From NCBI RefSeq assembly GCF_032191835.1, contig NC_083227.1, positions 126,170,001 through 126,234,000 on the forward strand: DNA of 64,000 bases. The letters run 5' to 3'. Both the position numbers and the translations under genes were made by a program. A model generated the notes under the pieces. The model did no database searches. It saw only the letters and a program-made list of their open reading frames with translations, and was not told the origin of the DNA. This document shows, one piece after another, positions 59,040-64,000 of this stretch. Source of the stretch: Heteronotia binoei (taxonomy: Eukaryota). The first letter of the stretch is position 1. Every line of letters starts with the position of its first letter.

Positions 59040-59416
59040 GAAGACACCCCAAATTCCAAATAGGGAAGAATTTATTGCAAAACTATTGGAAGCCGCAGAG
59101 ATGGACACGTTGACCACAAGATTACAAGAGGGTAATATGCAAAAATGTAATGAGACATGGAATCCAGTTTATCTTTGGGCGAAAGGTAAAGGTCTAGAGT
59201 TGGAGTAATAGACTTGTAAACTGACGGACCCCGAACGCTCCTCGTATGAGTGAGGAGTTTGTAGTGTGATTGTTATTAGGTGGGATGGTGGTGGGTGTTT
59301 TTGCTTGTTGTTCATGTTATTTATGTTATCTTGTGATTGTTATGTTTTATTTTGTCTTTTTTTGTATCACCATGTTGTTATTTGTAATAAACTTGTTTTG
59401 AAACTGGAAAAAAAAA
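59040..59416 (+). mobile_element. 5'-truncated L1-clade LINE with poly(A) tail
   Basis: Short frame WKTPQIP...DTLTTRL...W..VY..; A-tail; 22-bp TSD GAAAAATCACTGCCTGGCCTTG (59018-59039, 59417-59438). Confidence 0.85.
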
Positions 59417-59622
59417 GAAAAATCACTGCCTGGCCTTGATGGTTTGACTCAATATAAGGCAGCTTCACATATGTTCAAAATGAATATGTCAATAAGACTC
59501 ATGACAGACTGTTTCTATTCACAACACTTAAGATTTGGGTTTTTAAAAGATCTATTTTAGCCAAGCATGAGTGTTAGGAAATCATTCTGTATGTAAAGTC
59601 ACCCTAAAGAAAAATCACGCAC

Positions 59623-59768
59623 CTGGGTTTTTTAGCTTTTTCCCCTTGATCTCCAGGACTTCTGTATTTCTTCTTCTTTTTAGATGGCACTGGAGATGAG
59701 TAGGTGTATGTTCCTTCTATCTCCTCCATTACTACAGTTACTTCACTACCATTATATGGAGCCTCCAT
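59623..59768 (-). CDS. HMGXB3: HMGXB3 exon 2 (start codon, basic NLS-like stretch)
   Basis: ccctag|TA ATG; MEAPYNGSEVTVVMEEIEGTYTYSSPVPSKKKKKYRSPGDQGEKAKKP(R)|gtgcgt. Confidence 0.95.
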
Positions 59769-61719
59769 TACTAGGGGGAGAACCCAAATTAGACACTGTA
59801 AATCGTTATAACACTCTGTTATATGGTATAAAATTGGTCCTCATTTACAATTCAGCTGAAAGGTGTAGATCCAGAATACTTCATTGTCACAAAGGAACTC
59901 TTAAAGCTACCCAGTATTAAACCCCTATACCTTGGACAGCTTCTAGTCCAGTAAAAACAACTATGGGTCTAAATATCTCAGGCTACTGGGATGATCTGAG
60001 ATTTGAGAGGAGGGCAGAGTAGAAGGGCTTTCCACACAACAGCCCTCTCCAACGGAAACTCCGTTGTTGCTGCAGCTACTCATGCAGCATAGCAGCAACA
60101 AGCTTGCTAGTAGACAGCTTCCCTTGCATTTTGCCTGCCCCTATTTTTGTGCCATCCAACACTGGGTCTTTTCTGAGGATTTTTTTTTTAAGACCATAAT
60201 TTACAAAACTTTTCTATCAGTATGTTGAGAACATTGATTACTGTTTTTTAAAACCTCCCTCCCTCCCAAAAAAAGCCTTCTGGTAGCTTTTAGGAGAATG
60301 GCTATTACAGTGGTGGTTTCCACACAGGGACAGACTTGTGTGGTTTCCCTTACCTGGTACAGCTACAGATACAGTACAGCAGCAACAAGGTTTGTTTATT
60401 TATTCATGTATTTGATTTATATCCCACCCTTCCCACCACTGCAGTGCACAGTGCCTGTATACCCCAGGAGGGCCACAGTGGAGCATTCACATTGTTGCAG
60501 TGCGCCATCCCCTTAGTGTAGTCTGGGTTATTGTTTTAAATATTCCTTGCATATGCGCACCATGGACAGCAGAATGGGGAGAAAAACCTGGAACGAACTC
60601 GTGGGTTTGCGCTGCCAATTCGTTGTGTGCACATTCTCCCACATTCAGCCATCTGGGAATGTTCAATGCATGCACAGGAAACTGTCAGCACCGGGGTGTC
60701 ACCTGATGGCTGTTTACTCCATCTCGGACTCATAAAGCAAGGTGAGTGAGACTGGGGAACAGCTGACAGCTGTGTCTGTCTGACCAAGCCCTTTTAATCC
60801 ACAGGGGAAAAGTGACTATGTTGGGCCAAAATGCCCATTTGATTGCAACTGTGGGTAAGACCAGGAAAATCCAGACTTTCCCACCTACATGGCAGCCATC
60901 TTGTACATGCTGTGATTGTTCTCAAAACTTTGCAGCAATGCAGAGTTGGGAAGGATCAGAGAAAAGCTTGGGGAAACCCATGAGCTGCACGACTATGTCA
61001 TGCTGCTGTGGAAAGCAAAAAAAAAAAAAATTCTGTTTACCAAAAGCACCACTAAATATCCCATGTAGAAAAGCCCTAAAACAAATAAATACAACTTAAT
61101 ACAAAGCAAAGCTTTTAAAACTGCCACTTCAAGTCCCACCTTAAGTAGCTTCTGCTCAACAACATTAAAGGCATGTATAACAAATCTACACCTACTGCAT
61201 ATATTATTTCTCACAGATAGAATTTCTGCCAGAAAAATGCACACATGAGCTTGTACAGTATGCTTTGGATTCTGTCATACAAATCCTTTAGGGCCATCAC
61301 AACAGTTGTGATGCAAAAACTGTGAAAATCTCAATGTCCAATAAGGCAGCCAAATCTAGCTTGGAAATTCCTGGAGATTAAGGGATATTGCCTGCCGATG
61401 GGAGCATTTGGGGAGGGATTTCACCTAGAATCCATGTGATACCATGCTGTTTGCCCTTTAAAGCTGCCATTTTACCCAGAGGAGCTATCTCTGTGATCTG
61501 GAAACCAGTTGTCATCTCAGGAGAATTTGAGGCCCTACCGGGAGGTTAGCAAACCTAATTGCAGGGGGAAAAACCTTCTAGAAGAGACTTTATCTTTCAT
61601 TCCATTGGAGAACGGCTGTAAATAAGAATTGTGCCCCGATCTGGGCAGTTTTTCTGTAAATCTTTCTCCATCCTCCTACTAATGGACCCCACAGCCTCCA
61701 AGCGCCCCTCCATCACCTT

Positions 61720-62300
61720 CACTTGCCTCCGATATTAGTGCAGCACTTAGCATCGCTAGCAGCAGGCTGACGTACAGGGAAGCAGAAGGGAACACATGTC
61801 CCGCACAGCTCGCTTACTAAAGAGGAGCCGATCCATCCAAGGCAACCGTTCCTGGGGATGGCGCGAGCCCGAACTTACCCGGGCGCGCGGGACGGGCCGG
61901 TCCTGAGGAGAAAACTCCGCAGCCTCAGCATGCCGAGGAGCAGGATTGGGCCACTCTACTCAAGACAACCGTAACATCCGCAAAGGAAAAGAAAGAGAGA
62001 GAGAGCGGGAGATGCCTCAGCAATGAATGCCTTGGCGGGGGCACCACAGCCTAATCCAGGCACCGCACCGGAACTTCAGCCTCCACAAGTTCTTCCTGTG
62101 TCTATAGGTCATTCAAGGTATGAATATCCTGCGTAGGGGAAATCAGCAAGGGCGAAAAACCATAGACTGAGAAAGTCCATAAGTGAGAAGCGCCAGTCAA
62201 GAGCCTATCTAGGAACAAGGGATGATCATAGAGTGTCTTTGCTTGTCTTTCGGGCGCGCTTGGGACGGGCAGGATCGCATAGCCAAAAGGAGCGGCACTG
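61720..62300 (-). promoter_or_regulatory. HMGXB3: CpG-island promoter and probable non-coding exon 1 of HMGXB3
   Basis: Local CpG/GC enrichment and a strong minus-strand donor GG|gtaagt at 61879/61878. The TSS position is not determinable. Confidence 0.7.
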
Positions 62301-62859
62301 AAGTTCTTAATCATGGTTATGATTAACTTATTAAAACACCGTGGCTATGTCATATTTTCAGTGTAGAATAGCTAAACTTTAAAAAAAAATTCAGGTGGAA
62401 AATTCACTTAGATTTTTTAGTAAAAGCCGCAGACCAACACCGTTACGTCTGATAAGTAACCCTCTGCCGGTAACAGTAAAGCATGTATACTCCGTGAAAA
62501 GTCATTCCAAAGCTTCTAGCCTGGAAATCTTCTTTCTGGGGTGCTTTTCTACTGCAAACCAATGTGGCTATCCACCTGAAACTTTGTCAGATACAGGAAC
62601 ACCTGGAAGGCATAGTAAGCACCGACTTACAAAAATCCATACCATTAAATTACAATTAACATAGCTATCCTTCTGGAATTTAAGTGGTGATGGAGGAAAC
62701 TGGGGACAGTGCAGATGAACTTAAGTGCCAGGGCAGGCTATCAGAACTGATTTAATTCAAGATCAGCGGTCATTAATTTGCCCTTCTTTTGATGGCACAT
62801 TGGAAACATAGAATTATGTGTTTGCTGGAGGTCCAATAGGACAGAAGAAGAGGAACTTA

Positions 62860-63285
62860 AGTTGGTTTGTATATCCTGCTTTTCTCTATCCTTAGGATAG
62901 AGAGTCTCAAAGTGACTTGCAATCACCCACCCTTCCTCTCCCCATAACAGACACCTTGTGAGCAGTGTTCCCTCTAAGCTGAGTTAGTGTGAGCTAGCTC
63001 ATGATTTTTTAGCCTTTGGCTCACACATTTTTGTCTTAGCTCAAGAAAAATGGCCCCAGAGCAAATAATTTATGTAGTAGCTCAAAACTTTAATGCCAGT
63101 AGCTCATGAAGTAAAATTTTTGCTCACAAGACTCCACAGCTTCGGAATATTGCTTGCGGAGATAGAGTTTGGAGAGAACTCTGACTGGCCCAAGGTCACC
63201 CAGCTGGCTGCATGGGAGGGAGTGGGGAATCAAATGTGATTCTCCAAATTACAGTCCACCACTTTTAACCACTATTCCACATAAT
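62860..63285 (-). mobile_element. Old Squam3-type SINE interrupted by a hAT MITE (62963-63152)
   Basis: SINE halves on both sides of CAGTGTTCCCTCTAAGCTG...cagcttcggaatattg; flanks CTTGTGAG / CTTGCGGAG. Confidence 0.7.
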
Positions 63286-64000
63286 CAATAAAAGACTTAG
63301 GGTACAAGTCTTTCCACTTAATGTAGCCTTACAAGGGGGTCCAGAACCAACTTTAAACAGGTGGGAGAGAAATCATAAATACAGAACAAATTGAACAGTG
63401 ATCAAATAACAGCAAAGACCTAGGCAACTAAAAACATTTTAAATTGATGCCTAAAAGGGAACAAAGTAAGTGTTTGACACACAGTCTGTGGGGAACTGTT
63501 CTAGAATCTGGAAGTCACTAGAGTAAAACTCCTGTATTCAAAAAGTGAGAATACTGAGCAGGCTCACAACACAGGATCTTATAGAATTAGTAGTTTTGGA
63601 ATTGGGAAGGGGGTGTATGAATGTATGTGCATTAGTGGGAGGTTTTCTTTGAAAGCAGTATGAATTTTTGGAAGTCCCCAGTTTCTGTCCTGCCTGCCAC
63701 CAATTTACTAAGTTATCTTGGGCAATCTCTCAGATTCAGCACCCCCCTCCCTTCCAGAGCTGTAAAATAAATTATAAGATATTGTATGTTAAATGTTTTC
63801 AGTGCTCAAAAAATTTCTCTATTGATGCTGTGATTTCCAAATTCCTATGGATATTTTCCCTCTTCCCCACAGCGTCATGGTACTTTGTACACCTCTCCAA
63901 TCATTCCCAAATGTGCTTTGCTGTGAAGTCATTGGAATGCAATCACAACAAATGGGGGGGAGGGGGGGACTACCTTGTAGGTGAGAAATTTTCTGGCCCT

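Noticed and set aside
62219-62300. C/D-box snoRNA-like pattern
   Set aside because: Imperfect C box, weak terminal stem, and located in a promoter rather than an intron.

Overview
Vertebrate genomic DNA, most likely a gecko or other squamate lizard (inferred from the Squam3-, Squam2- and Sauria-type SINEs; the species cannot be determined from this window). It holds two convergent genes. (1) The 3' half of CSF1R on + (12 exons, 550-18730: transmembrane, juxtamembrane, split kinase, C-terminal ...LLSSNNYQFC*). (2) The complete HMGXB3 coding region on - (19 coding exons, 59768 down to 26307, 3966 nt, 1321 aa), plus a probable non-coding first exon in a CpG island near 61.7-62.3 kb. All introns are GT-AG and exon phases join in frame. 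Introns are rich in transposons: a near full-length CR1, RTE, RTE-X-like, L1 and L2 fragments, tRNA- and 5S-derived SINEs, hAT and Harbinger-like MITEs, and Penelope-type inverted remnants. There is one 317-N gap (38944-39260). Main observations: (a) a tandem duplicate of the CSF1R kinase-insert exon whose 7 substitutions all fall in the exon or its donor, removing the YxxM tyrosine and the GT; (b) a 2.5-kb composite hAT-type element with a perfect 8-bp TSD that carries a perfect hairpin, a palindromic minisatellite, tandem CR1 3' ends, a 431-bp inverted repeat and an ETS/CRE motif array; (c) minimal hammerhead-ribozyme motifs with co-varying stem I in Penelope-type remnants; (d) a 309-bp-arm fold-back in CSF1R intron 18; (e) Cys instead of the human Gly795 before the CSF1R DFG motif. 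Exon numbers follow the 21-exon human CSF1R and 20-exon human HMGXB3 models as recalled, not checked by alignment.
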